This document shows, piece by piece, positions 12,914 to 25,831 of a stretch of 64,000 bases of DNA (its first letter is position 1; every line of letters begins with the position of its first letter). Both the position numbers and the translations under genes were made by a program. Below the pieces are notes generated by a model, which was not told where the DNA came from, did no database searches, and saw nothing but the letters and a program-made list of their open reading frames with translations. The stretch covers positions 8,308,001 through 8,372,000 of the forward strand of contig OZ316776.1 of assembly GCA_973851085.1 (NCBI GenBank), given 5' to 3'. Source of the stretch: Ptychomitrium polyphyllum (lineage: Eukaryota).

Positions 12914-15206
12914 TGTTGCAACCTTTGTAATGCACCTTAGCAAGCGTCACGCGCGTTAACGCTATACACCTCCACATGCAAATGATTAACCCCATTCTCA
13001 CTCTTCAAGTTCCTCTACCATTTCTCTTAGGACATCCAATTGATTGGTAGTCAATGGTTAAGTGCGGACTTCCATTCATATCCAAGGCCTCATTTGGTGT
13101 TACTCCCATTCCACACGGCCTAACCGCACTTAGTGGTGTCTCCTCACTACCACTCATGATCCCCATATGATTCTAAGATCACCCCGGAGCATCATGGTGC
13201 TAACGTGAAAATACCACCCAAACTTAGTGGTAACAAGCGTGCCTGTCGCAACCTTTGTAATGCACCTTAGCAAGCGTTACGCACGTCAACCCTGTACACC
13301 TCCACATGCACATGGTTAATCCCCATTCTCACTCTCCAAGTTTCTCTACCATTTCTCTTAGGACATCCAATTTATTAGTAGCCAATGGTTAGGTGCGGAC
13401 TTCCATTCATGTCCAAGGCCTCCTTGGTGTTACTCCCATTCTACACGGCCTAACCGCACTTAGTGGTGTCTCTTCACCACCATTCATGATGCCCATGTGA
13501 TCCTAAGATCACCCCAGCCCATCATGGTGCCGGCGTGAAGACACCACCCCAACTTAGTGGTAACAAGCGTACCCTTTTGAACGTACTAGTTCCCTTCGTG
13601 AAACCGGCCGTCCACCGGCTCACAATGGTGTGGGAGTCCCCGTGGTGTAGCCCCAACACCAGCTCCACCACCCGGGACTCACCCTTGGTTTCTACCGGAC
13701 CACTAGGGGAGTGGGGAGGGGGACCAGCCCTCTCTTATAGTACTCTCTGTGGGATTCGGCAAGCCCCCTGGCCCTCCGTAGCTGGCTGAACCCCGACACA
13801 CCTAGAGTTTTGGAAGACCATCCAATCTCCCTTGGGACTTAGCCGCTGGAAGCCTCCGTGACTCCCAACGGACCTTTAGGGAGCCATATCTTCCTCATTC
13901 GGTGCCCAAATGTATTGAGCCACCACTCTATCGTCATGCACTCTTTGCGTAGATGCCAATAGACACCTCAAACGTCCGATTTGAGTTAGTATTGTGGGAG
14001 ATACGCCTCTCCCAAGGTTCGGAACTCCCGGGGAGTCCCTCCCTGGATTGTCCCACTCCAGTACAGTCACTGTGTGGGGTTGCCACACTCCAGAACAGCC
14101 TTTGGCAACTCCAACTTTGGGATGCCATAGATTTTAGCTCCTTTGTCCGATTTGGACAATCTTTAGCATTCTAGAATCAGCTCTTTGTGATTCTTCCAAT
14201 GCCAGCCATCTATCCCTCGTGGCCCTTGGTCTACATGGGCAAGGATGTTTCTCTCCTTTAGAGGTCATTCCCACGCTAGGCCCACTCGGTTTCCCTCACT
14301 ATCGGCGCCACAAGTCCTGGACGTCACTCTAAGGTCCCCCTTGTGCCTTTAGTGTTGCGGGCACTCCTCAAGGAGAGGTGCGCAATAGTGGCCTCTTGAT
14401 CTCACTGGTTCTGTTTGTGAAACCGATCGTCCATCGGCTCACAACGGTGTAAGAGTCCCCATGGTGAAGCCCCAACATTAGCTTTACCAACCGGAACTCA
14501 CCCTTGGTTTCTATCGAAATACTAAGGGAGTGGGAAGGAGGACCAGCCCTCCTTTATAGTACTCTCTATGGGATTTGGCAAGCCCCCTGGCCCTCTGTAG
14601 CTGGCTGAATCCCGGCACATCCAAAGTTTTGGAAGACCACCCGATCTCCCTTAGGAGTTAGCCGCTGGAAGCCTCCAAAACTCCCTGCGGATCTTCAGGG
14701 AGCCATATCTTCCACGTCCGGTGCTTGAATCTATCGAGTCACCATTCTATTGATGTCTACTCTTCGCGTAGATGCCAATAGACTCCTCAAACGTCCGATT
14801 TGAGTTAGTACTTTGAGAGATATTCCTCTCCTAAGGTTCGGAACTCCCTGGGAGTCCCTCTTTGGACTGTCCTAATCCAGTATAGTCACTATGTAGGGCT
14901 GCCACAATCGAGAACAGCCTCTTGGCAGCTCCAACTTTGGAATGCCATATCTTTTAGCTCCCTTGTCCGACTTGAGCAATCTTTAGCATTCTAGAATCAA
15001 CTCTTCGTGATTCTTCTATTGCTCACGATTTATCCCTTGTAGCCCTCGATCTACATGGGCAAGGATGTTTCTCCCCCTAGGGATCGTTCTCACACTAGGC
15101 CCACTCGGTTCCTTTCACTATTCGTGCGACAAGTCCTGGACGTCACTCTAAGGTCCTCTTTGTGCCTTTAATATTGCGGGTACTCTTCAAGGAGAAGTGC
15201 GCGACA
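12914..15206. mobile_element. Outer solo LTR of an LTR retrotransposon (12914-13243 + 14393-15206), interrupted by a second solo LTR of the same family
   Basis: Termini TGTTGC...GCGACA; 5-bp target site duplication TTTAT at 12909-12913 and 15207-15211; GC-rich relative to AT-rich flanks; no gag/pol ORF. Confidence 0.85.
13244..14387. mobile_element. Inner solo LTR (1144 bp) nested in the outer LTR
   Basis: Starts TGTCGCAACC, ends GTGCGCAATA; flanked by GTGCC (13239-13243) and GTGGC (14388-14392); colinear with the rejoined outer copy, which has the same length. Confidence 0.82.
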
Positions 15207-15548
15207 TTTATATTCCTCATTAATTATGTATTAATTATTTCATCAAATTATTTCTTTCTTTACACCATTCAATGTTTCATATGTCATTTTATATAATAAA
15301 ATTTGGAATTTATTTTCTAACATACACAATATTAAAATTCGCTTATGTATGTTTTGTTATATATAATTAAATATTTAACAAGACACTATTAAAATGATTG
15401 TTAATTAAAACACTATGATATCTTAATCAACCATAATTTTATTAGTGAAAAGAAAGTCTTCATTCATATTAATTTTTGAAAAGATTATAGCTATTATTCT
15501 TCTTATCTTCAGACTTTCAAGAATGTGATTCATTTATGCTTCTATCTA

Positions 15549-15674
15549 AACTTGATGCTCCATACTAAAGTGACTCTATTTATGTCGTTAGAAGCCTAGA
15601 ACCTTATTGCCAACTTGATGTTCCATACTAAAGTGACTCTATTCATGTCGTTAGAAGCCTAGAACCTTATTGCC
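15549..15674. repeat. Near-perfect 63-bp tandem duplication
   Basis: aacttgatg(c/t)tccatactaaagtgactctatt(t/c)atgtcgttagaagcctagaaccttattgcc x2. Confidence 0.92.
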
Positions 15675-16550
15675 AAATCTATCAAGACTAAAAGCAAAAG
15701 AATGTGTATTATTAAATATTTAGAGTTGCTTGTAATATGAAACAAATTTTGAAGTTCTAAATTTCTTAAAATTTTAAATTTTTTATGGTATAGAAAGGTA
15801 TAAAACTGTTTTTGACATGAAAAGGCATAAATACAATACATACCTGTGTAAAAAAGTATGAATAAATGAAAACAAATAGGAAGATTTTAAAAGGGTGCAT
15901 GAGAAACGTTTGGGATTCTACAAGGTAAGTTAGAAATGTTTTGAAAAGGCTCATGGGTTTTGAAAAGGAGATGGCCTTTCCACAGCACTGGGATAGATTC
16001 AGAGAATTCCAAACTCTCAAATGCTCATAACTGGTGGAAAATATTGGTTTTAGGCATACTGACGGCTTTGGTGTCCAAAGAACTGGCCGAACTAGCAAGA
16101 TACTAAAGGAACACAGTAAGCAGAACACTACACTCCGTAAGTTGCAGTCATCAAATAACAAGAACCCTTGGCTGTGATCATGTAATACATCGTTCTTCTA
16201 AAACTATCACTGGTGCAAGAAGTAGGCACACATTTTACAGGTACAGAGTAAAAAATCCTTGGCCAATCGCATTACTCTCTACATGAGCACCAGATTTGAA
16301 CTGCAACTCTCAATGATGCTCGAGCCAATTTCTTTTAACTACAAGGTGGCTAACTTGCACATATTCCAGATACAAGCCAGCATAGAAGCCTTCCGTGGTC
16401 AGTACACAAACCTGCACGTAATCGATCTTAGGTGCATTCCAGTAACCAATCTAGGCTATACTATTAGTCTGAGTCCTTGCTGCGAACAACTCTTAATTTT
16501 CAGTTGTTCTACTTAAGGGCGAATGGTCCTCAAATTTATGAACGGGTTCC

Positions 16551-19306
16551 TCACTGCTCCTTTGAAACCTCGAAACGAGCGGGTGATTTGACTGCCTTCA
16601 TGCAACAAATACCAGATACCAGAATAGTAATAAGGGTAAATGCCTGCACCAATCCCAGATTTTGGTTAGAAGTTACAAGACAACTTGGTAAGGCTAGATT
16701 CTGGTATGAAGTGTTCAAGAGATACAAACCAAACGAAGATTAACAGTGAGCTTACCACAAAAATTCCTTCAAGAATCACTGCTCTACTCCTGCAAAGTGC
16801 ATCACAATCAGCGGTTGCATTGCCAGTGCCGTCAAGGAGATGGCGCTCCATAATTCCATAGTACTTTTCCTTCAAGACCCTGAGATCAGAAGAATACATA
16901 GCCACATTGCTTGTTCCGGAAGACTTCAAAGCTGATAGCATCTCGGCCAATACCTCCCCTGCAGAAAACAGATACCAAAAAACATAGATCTCAAGATCTG
17001 ACAGTAAAAATGTAAAACGTGTTACTTTGTACAAAACACTCAACCTCCTCCACAGAACAAGGGACATTAATAAACTCCAGTATTACCTTCTGAGTTGGAG
17101 ATGCCAGCTAGGTTCCAGTCCAGTGAGGGGCTGTAGCAAATGACCAGAATATCAGTTTCCCCTGGCGCCCTTGACATTTTCCTCCCAGAAATGTATGCCT
17201 GCAACACAGGCACATGTTTCAAACGAGGACTTCAATGCATAGTGCACTGTTAGAGTGCACACTATGGACAAGAAGAGATAGAGAAAAACAGCCCAAGCCA
17301 CCCGGTTGGCATTTGTGGGACAAACCGTATTGCCAACTAAAGTGCTTTACATAGTAGTGACATAAAAATGCAATCATTCACATTTTACACGAACCTTTCT
17401 ATGCGCCTCAAGAAAACAACAGCTTTGCTAGTAAACAACCAAAAATAGTAAGACACTCTTCCTCAAACTTGAATTGAACATAATCACCTGAATATCAGGA
17501 ACGTCGGTAAGCTTCTTCACATCATGACTTCCGACAGAACACGATCCAGAGACTGCTACTTCTCTAATTTTCAAAGCACGGCTTAGCGCTTTATGCGAAA
17601 GGAGAGCCTCTGCAATCGAGGATTTGTCACTGGCTACAGTAACGTACGGGATTGAAACCGAAAATTTAGCTCCTGCAACAGATTCCTGCAATTCAACCCT
17701 CAGTTTCGTTTATCAATCTATACAACCATACCCCAGATTTGCATAAACTAATAGTGTGTTAAAATGGTTCACAATGGACAGGCTTACATTCATAACAACG
17801 ATGTCCCATATCCTGGATATGGCCACAATATACTTGCAGACTATGCATCATAGATAAGCCTATCTACTACTCGTCACCCAGCTAGTCATACACATTCCAG
17901 CATGATAAGCACAATGAATACCTGGAGGGTTTTCAGAATGCCAGATGAGTGACTTCGGGAAATGTCCTCAGACCGGAGCTGTTCACAATAAGGAAACCCA
18001 GAATCAGTGTACAAAATGAAACTCCAACTTGCACTAGCAACCTACCTTACTCCTGGACCCAAAAAAAAATCAATCAATACTTCAAATCAAAAGTTAGCCA
18101 AAGCTAAAAGTAATCTCACCTCTTTCCCAACGAAGGCAAGAATCATCTCTGGATATGCTACTTCTCTCTCCAATTTCTGCAAGGCCCAGTATTCCATAAG
18201 AGATAGCCAAACAGCACTACACGTGCTTATTGCACACATGAAGAATTGCTATAACAATCTGTTATTGCTAACATACAGATGCTTTTACGATGCGAAATAC
18301 ATAAATAAAAACCTCGAAGCAACAGCCAGCGATAATATTCACAAATTTCTTGATGAAGCTATCAAAAACCTCCATTCTAAGCACTAAAGAATAAACGAAA
18401 GGAAACCAATGACATTAGCCAATTTGGCTGACAGCAATCGAACAGGCATAAAGGACTTCACAAAAACTTAACAACCACATATTCACTAAGGTTAATAAAA
18501 TATGGAAAGTACGGGTCCGCAGTGTAAGGGCAAGAAAACATACTGGAGCAGCTGAGCATTTTGTGTAAATAGTATCTGAGATACTATCCACTAAGCTTTC
18601 AGGCGTCTGGGATTCATAATTAACGCTCTGATCCTGCTCACCCAAGCATCTGTACGCAATTCCAACGAAACATTCTCAAAAACTAAATCCTAGTCAGCTT
18701 TATGAAGAGAAAAGTCACAGCTTTTAAATTTCCCACCGACGTTGAATGACATCTGCATTTAGGGTTGTGGTTTGAGAAGAAACATACTTAGTACTGATCT
18801 CTTACGACCTAGATAAGATCTACAAATCAAACAGAGAGTATTTTTCGCAATTCCAGAGACAAGGGAGCTCGGCTACACTTTCATCTGCCACCGCAAATCG
18901 CCAACAAGGCATATTTTTCATTCCAAAGCCATCTTCCAAGAAAAGCTGGAATTACAAAACCCGGTCGAAGCTCGACTGATTTATAAAAAAAAACAGGCTA
19001 AATTCCGCTCCGATGCACTAGAAAACTCGTCCAGTTTGAATCAAAACCCTGAACTTCAACTTTTAAGTTTCAAAACCAATCCATCACGGCAGACCTCGTC
19101 GGAAACTCACCACACAAAATCCAAACCTAAGATGAGTGCCACGAGGTAAATTTAAACACTAGCTCAATCCATCAACCGCACAACACGAAACCATACCGCA
19201 GATCTGACCACACAAACGCCGGAGTGACGGTCGACAGAACCTCAGCTGCAGAAAAATGCAGAGAAGCGAGACCCAACAAAACGAGACCTAGCACTCCAAT
19301 CTCCAT
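16551..19306 (-). CDS. Type I membrane protein, plant V-ATPase accessory subunit Ac45/VOA1-like family; 8 exons
   Basis: Signal peptide MEIGVLGLVLLGLASL followed by PAFVWS; FSVSIPYV; C-terminal CDALCRSRAVILEGIFV-AFTLITILVSGICCMKAVKSPARFE; all splice sites in frame. Confidence 0.72.
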
Positions 19307-19798
19307 CGTCCTGGTGCGCCCCCCCATGCCTGCAAATCTTGCGATGCTCGACTGTAGGAACCCTTGTCAATACGCCTTCTCAGAGTACTGAGCGACGCGG
19401 TGACGTCGACGATCTGCGGCAAACTCTCGGCAAGGCGGGCAACCACGCGTTGGATGAATGAACCCACGACAACTTCTCCTTTCAGTTGCAACAGTAGGAT
19501 CCTTTCATCAATACACCAGAAACATTAACCTCAAGGTCGACCGACTCTCCCTCTATCTTGCCCGCGTGAAGATATTAGGAAATTGTGGAGGCTGACCCAC
19601 TTCTGAATCTGATAAGCAGTTCTTTGATTCGAAACTTTGTGTGTTGTAGCCGTTGCTGGGAGTTTTTTGTGATCGAAGTTTCTTTGAATAAAAACGGTTT
19701 GCGGCGATGTGCGATGTGGTTTGCAGATTTTTTTTGTGAGGTTTAGCATTGCGTTGTGAGGTTGAAGCAGGGGATTAGGTTTGTGGAGGTTGAGTGAG

Positions 19799-21401
19799 AT
19801 GGTGCAGTTTGAGAGTGGCGACGCGCAGGAATGGAGGGAGGCGCTGGATGCGTATCAAGAGAGGTTGGAAGGATTAGGGAATGAGAAACTGATGGAGCTT
19901 GATTCGTTTTATCGCGTGGACCTGCCCAAAGTGGTGGCGAAGCGACATCCGGAGGCGTACATCACGCAGGATGAGCTGATGAAGATTATGGACTGGAAGC
20001 TGAGTCGGGGTAAATGGAGGTGCACAAAACTCATACCGGCTACTTGCACAATTCTGCTCTCTCTGAGATGCTAAGAAAATCCAGAGTAGTCACGCAAGCC
20101 AACAAGGGTCAGTCATACGTATAAGGCATGAGTAAGAGGAGGTTTATTCTATGAACCACCCGGATGATTGATTGTACATGAAAGTAAGAACGAAAGAAAG
20201 ATCTTGAGCATCTGCATTGTAGAAACTTGGGCTGATTTCATTATAACATTCATTCGCAGTGGGTTTGTTCTGTCTCTCTAACTTTGCGTTTGGCCACGTA
20301 CTGCAATTTTTGAAATTGTTAGGTTTTGCTTAGGGTTTAGAATTTTAATAGTAGGAGATGAATTAGTGCATCACATCGCTCACAGTATGCGATGGTTTAG
20401 GAAGCAGATTAAGGCCTTCACTATCATCGTCTCTTTTCTTTGGAGCTCAATTTGAGACGCGTTGTTTTCACCTTCCGTCTACAAATGTCTATGGGCAGGG
20501 CTCGGCTGCAGAGTTTCGTCGCAGCTCTTAGTGATCACGAGGTGCAGGCCGCATCACAGAAGGCATTTACAGCGCTTCCGAATCTGAAAGAAGCTATCAG
20601 CCAGCTCTCGGTGCTTAAGGGGATAGGACCTGCAACTGCATCAGCTGTACTTGCCGCACATGCCCCCACTGTTGCCCCTTTTATGTCGGATGAGGTATGG
20701 CCTCGAAACTCAAGCTAGTTTGTCTTTTAGTGGAACTTAGGCCTCTCGTCTGAATTTCGTGACCAACTTTCATGTCGACACCCTGAGATCATTATGATTT
20801 GTATAGATCATATCTTTTTCTTATGGTTTGTTGTGGCAGACATGTTTAAGGGTGATGAAATGGGTTATTCTGATAATCGTCATGATTTTAGGAGTCGTAC
20901 GTTTTAGAAAACAGCATATTGCCTGTCTACCGAAGGGACCTAGAGGTCATGATATCTTTGTAATTGCAGGCCATGGTGGCTGCGTTAGGGATTGTGAAGG
21001 ACTATACGTTAAAATCGTACCTTGTCTTTGCAGAAACACTTCAAAACAAAGCAGAGGTATGTCTTCATGTGTCTGTAATTTGCATATGTCGTGATGCATA
21101 AGAAATTCAGTATTGCAGGGTGCACACCAAAGGTTGTGGATTGTGGTGTTACCGCCAAAATTGTTCAATCACAAACCTGCCTTAGAATTGTCTGCCTGCT
21201 CTCATGTTCGAGATTTTCTTGCAGGAGATTAATAAACTAGGGGAAGACATGAAGAGCTTTACGCCTTCAGACATTGAAAGGGCACTGTGGTCAACTGCAG
21301 CTGCAACTATGCCCAAAAAGACCTCCAAAACCAACAAGTCCGGCAATGGGAAAGCAGGAGCTGCTTCAGCTGCTACGAAGGGTGTGAAAAGGAAAAGATG
21401 A
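19799..21401 (+). CDS. Uncharacterised helix-hairpin-helix (DNA-glycosylase superfamily-like) protein; exons ~19799-20019, 20499-20694, 20970-21056, 21225-21401
   Basis: IMDWKLSRGKWR, HhH motif LSVLKGIGPATASAVL, APFMSDEAM, basic C-terminal NLS-like KRKR. Confidence 0.8.
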
Positions 21402-22446
21402 TTGTGATGGCGTTAGGATTCTACACCAGTTCTTCACAGCAGGAACCTCTCGAGACTTCCAGTTATATTTGAGGCCCGTGTAGCATGCGTTGTTTATATA
21501 CAACTTAGTTTTTAGAGTGGTGTCTCAGGACGATGACAAGATGACCAAATAACCAAAGCCCCGGAAGAAGTGGCGATTGAATTTATTGCCCTGAGAACTT
21601 GTCGACTCACTGATTTGTACTGAGGGAATGTACATGGGCTTTCTGTAGAATAGTTCCAGTCTTAGAGATAGACCAAGGTGCTTGATAGCACCAGTGAGGA
21701 TTGTCATGTTCGAAACTGAACATCAATTACGATGCAGAGAAGCTGGAAATACAAGCACATTTTCATATGCTAACTCTGGTCCACTTTCACGTAACTCCTG
21801 TGATGCTCTCTAACCATTAGTATGTTTTTGGCCATATGCACTCCAAAAATACAAGCCGGTGAGCAATCGGAATCTCCATATAAGAGTTTGATGCAGATGT
21901 TGAGCGTGACAATGTTACAAAGGCTACAAAGAAAAGAAAGATGAAAGATTCTGAATATATCGTCCTAAACGAAGTGCTCTGGACCTCCCACTCTACTGTC
22001 AACCGTCCTAGAGCAGAGACAGATCAATGGCAAGTACGTGCAGGGAAAACTAAAGAGGGATACGGAATGTGGCCACCTTGAAAGATGATACAGGAGGCGG
22101 CTGCCTAACTATAAAACCCAAAAAAACCCCACGTTTGTTAAATTGGCCAATCTCCCTTATTCTCACAATGTTAAGTTGCGATATTCATACTATTTTTGGC
22201 GGTCAAAACAATGAGATTGGTCAATTTAACAAATATGGTGTTAAAAATAAAGAACTCCCGAATACGAATTATCAGAAATTCAGCAAAATGGAAAGTTATG
22301 TGTAGGGCAATGCACCTTTGCCATAGAGAGTACCAACTTCAACGTAGCGTGTTACTCTACAAAAACTGCTGTACAAAATCAACTTTCCAGCTCAAAGTGC
22401 TGCTCTGATTATCTGATACAAGGTTCTAGTCCACTAATGCGTATCT

Positions 22447-23355
22447 TCAAGCAAGCTTCTTCTCCAGTAACAAACTGCTGGCGAAAGACAGATCAAAATT
22501 CTGAGTGGGAGGATCTCCAATGCAGGGGAACACAGCATCGGCTTTAGTGAAATCCTCATTCTCAGTGTACCCGCTCTTGGTCACAATGCATACCATGCCT
22601 GCAGCTTTAGCAGCTGTAACCCCAATATGACTATCCTCAATCACAACACACTTCTCGGACTGCACATTCAGAGTAGTCGCAGCCAGCTGATAAATTGCGG
22701 GATCTGGCTTCTTCTTAGGAACTACATCGCCTGCAAAGATCTTCATGACATCCGCTCGCTCATCCCCCAGCATAACGCGCACAATTGCCGACACAGCCCT
22801 CTCATTGGAGGTGCTGCACACCGCAACCTGCACGCCCTTGCTGAGCGCTTCGTCAATCAGCGTCGCCACGCCAGGCCGCAATGGCAGCTGCCCCGACTCC
22901 ACCAAGTCCATGAAGAGATCCGTCTTCAGCTTGTGCAACCCCGCCACGAAATCCTTCCGCTGCGACTCCTCCACAACCTCCGGCCACCCCACGTCATTGA
23001 AGTAGTGCGTCATCCGCTCCTTGCCGCCTCCAATCTCCAGTAGCTTCCCGTAAAGCTCCACATCCCATGTGGTTTGCAATCCATTCTCCTCGAAAGCCTT
23101 ATTGAAGCTCACTCTGTGCCCGTCGCGCTCTGTGTCCACCAGCACGCCGTCACAGTCGAAGAGAAGAGCCTCGGGCAACGCCGACGCCACCACATTCATG
23201 CGCCATGTTCTCTGCTTCCTAGCTCCAGGGGCGACCAAACTAGGAATGCTGATCCTTCCGCTCCGAAAAAACCTGGAACCCAACTGGGGAGGATTGGAAG
23301 CCAGGGACGAGGAGTGGAAGACGGATTGCAAGGTCACCATCCCCGCCATCGCCAT
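22447..23355 (-). CDS. CBBY: Plastid HAD phosphatase of the CbbY (xylulose-1,5-bisphosphate phosphatase) family, intronless
   Basis: Transit-peptide-like N-terminus; FDCDGVLVDTERDGHRVSFN, IGGGKERM, VCSTSN, KKKPDPAIY, VVIEDS. Confidence 0.92.
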   Translation of the reverse strand: MAMAGMVTLQSVFHSSSLASNPPQLGSRFFRSGRISIPSLVAPGARKQRTWRMNVVASALPEALLFDCDGVLVDTERDGHRVSFNKAFEENGLQTTWDVELYGKLLEIGGGKERMTHYFNDVGWPEVVEESQRKDFVAGLHKLKTDLFMDLVESGQLPLRPGVATLIDEALSKGVQVAVCSTSNERAVSAIVRVMLGDERADVMKIFAGDVVPKKKPDPAIYQLAATTLNVQSEKCVVIEDSHIGVTAAKAAGMVCIVTKSGYTENEDFTKADAVFPCIGDPPTQNFDLSFASSLLLEKKLA

Positions 23356-25416
23356 TTTGGAAGCCTCACAAACATTTGTCTAGATTCTTGAGTTCTGGGA
23401 GCGCAATGCCCAGTCTCCTGGAGTGCTTTCAGTGCCACACATCCTCCTGGATGAGATTTGGATTCTTCATTTGGTGACTTCGGTTCTGCCAATCTGCGCC
23501 AAGATGAGACTTGGACTATTCCATTAGTTAAAATTCTGATGCATTTCGTGCAACTTCTGTGGTTGTGTGTTCTCGTCGATGGGCTGTAGATGGCGATGAG
23601 CTGATCGATATCTGGAACTCAGTGGCTCCTTTCAACGGTTGTGTAGATGTGCCGCTCGGAGACGATTTTCCAGATTGTGACTTGTGTTTCAGTGGCAACT
23701 CTGTGCTTAGCACTAATTACTACTACTGTCAGGGACTCAGCTTGTCACTGCCATTGCTCTCCCTTCTCTGTACAAAATAACCAAAACGTTAAGCAGAGTG
23801 CCACTCGATCGTATTTCCAATCATTTGCTTTCAAAATTCTTAGCAATTATGAGATTGAATCAGGATTACAAACTAACAGCTAAGTGGCCAATCGAGTAGA
23901 GGTAGTTTAAAAGAGGTTGTTTGGTAAAGGTTGTTTTTACTCTGGAGATTCATCAGAAATTGTTTCTATAGTCAAGAATTGCACCAACTATAAAATTGTG
24001 ATGAATAATCCTATGGTCTACTACATTTACTCATTCTAAATCAATTCTTTTTCCTTGCTATAACATTCTTTCATGCATGCTCAAAACATCTTCTTGGAAA
24101 GAAATAATTTGATTGTATGTAAGATATAAGTTCAAGTGGAATTTTAGGAAATTTAAAAGCCAAGTCACTAAATTAGACTTTTGTCCTTATGTCTTTTCTA
24201 TTACATTCCTTCATTGTTATTTATTATTCATTTTCCACTTTCAAAATGAAAAAGTCACAAGCTTTATCCACAAGATTTTGCACTACGCCTATTGAATTTT
24301 TTAATTAATACTAAAGACCTCTTCACATTTTATAAATTGGCTCATTGTAAGAAATATGAAGTTGTGCTTCTAATCATTAATAACAATACATCATTTTAAA
24401 TATAACCAATAGTCATCAAACTTCAAACAATAGCATTGCATGGTTTTGTGTTCTTAATTTTGATCTCTGTAATATTACAAAGACCTTGTAGAAGAAATGC
24501 CTAAATGAAAAAAATGCTTCCTAGTCATTTAAAAAAATCCATATGCTTCACATGATATTATTTATGTGTGGACTTAGTACAAATAACAAAATAAACTATT
24601 GTCTCATAAATATATACTTCACAATAGTCACTTCTTTCAAGTAGTATGCCTAATTATATATATTATTAGTTTATAGGTTTAATTTTCCAAAGCTCTACTC
24701 TTATTAACTATACAAAAGATGGATTATTTTACATAACCAATGTTGTAGGCTCTTACAATGTCTTACAAAGAAAGTTGATCATCAAAATATAGGCACAATG
24801 TTGTAAATGAAGTCTTAAAATAAACTCATCACTTAATTAACTTCCCTTTACTAAATCAAAACACAATAAGTAACAATGTCATTAGAAAAAGTCATTACAA
24901 TAAATCTCTTTGTCAATCTAGAATAAGAAAGATATGATAAATCAAAAAACCAATTGTTACAAGAATTAATGGATTAATATTCACTTTGAACAAACTATTC
25001 ATAAAACTATAATGTAATAAATAAAAAGTTTGCTACAAAAGATTCTATTATTGAGCGCCCAACCTCAGACCCAACCTTCCACATTTCCTACTAATTTAGG
25101 CGTTGCCAACCTAGGTTTAGCCTACAGCCTCCCATGAAGACGGACTCCCGTTCTCTCCATATTCGATGTTTCTCCAAACATACTGCAAGTGGCAAATATC
25201 ACACGAGCCGATGAGCAAGTAAAACCAGACGTCAAAAGTAAAACAGACAACTGAAATTTGTAAGCAACACAAGCCATAAGGTAGGAGCATACTTAATCTG
25301 TATGTACCATGTTCCACCATCTGCAACATAATAAAAAAAAAGCTAATGCGCATAAAGCCATTGTTAGGCTCCCCGTCACCGGTGTAGCACTGATCACACT
25401 TCCGGAGCGTCTGCAG

Positions 25417-25608
25417 GTGGATCACTCCGTGGTGGAGACGTCTGCACAGGGCGGCCGGACAGTGATTGCCTCCAGAGTATATCCCCAATATGCTCAAGGA
25501 AGAAATCGGCATGTTTTCCTGTTCAACAACGGCTCCGAGCCGGTCACAGTAGACACAGTTGGGGTGTGGAACACGGGCACAGCGGAATTTGTGGACTACG
25601 AACACTGA
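25417..25608 (+). pseudogene. Orphan terminal exon of a GH32 beta-fructofuranosidase (invertase)
   Basis: ctgcag acceptor then VDHSVVETSAQGGRTVIASRVYP...VFLFNNGSEPVTV...W, typical of the plant invertase C-terminus; no upstream GH32 exons recognisable. Confidence 0.78.
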
Positions 25609-25831
25609 GGTCAGGCTTCCGTCCGTCGCTATCAAGAGCGAGAGAGTGTACACATTCTTCTTCTTCGTGCTTTGCGAATGAGAAGAAGCCGATTCCCAGC
25701 TGATAGAACACCCGAAGGAAGGCCATGTACGAGCATTTCATACCTTGCGAACACGCTGTCTGGTCGCATTTCTCGGACGAAAACCTGGAGCGACCACATC
25801 GATCGACCGTGTTCCATGGCTTCACGAAGTA

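Noticed and set aside
13535..14174. ORFs inside the LTR as gag/pol remnants
   Set aside because: No retroelement protein motifs, and not kept open in the second LTR copy
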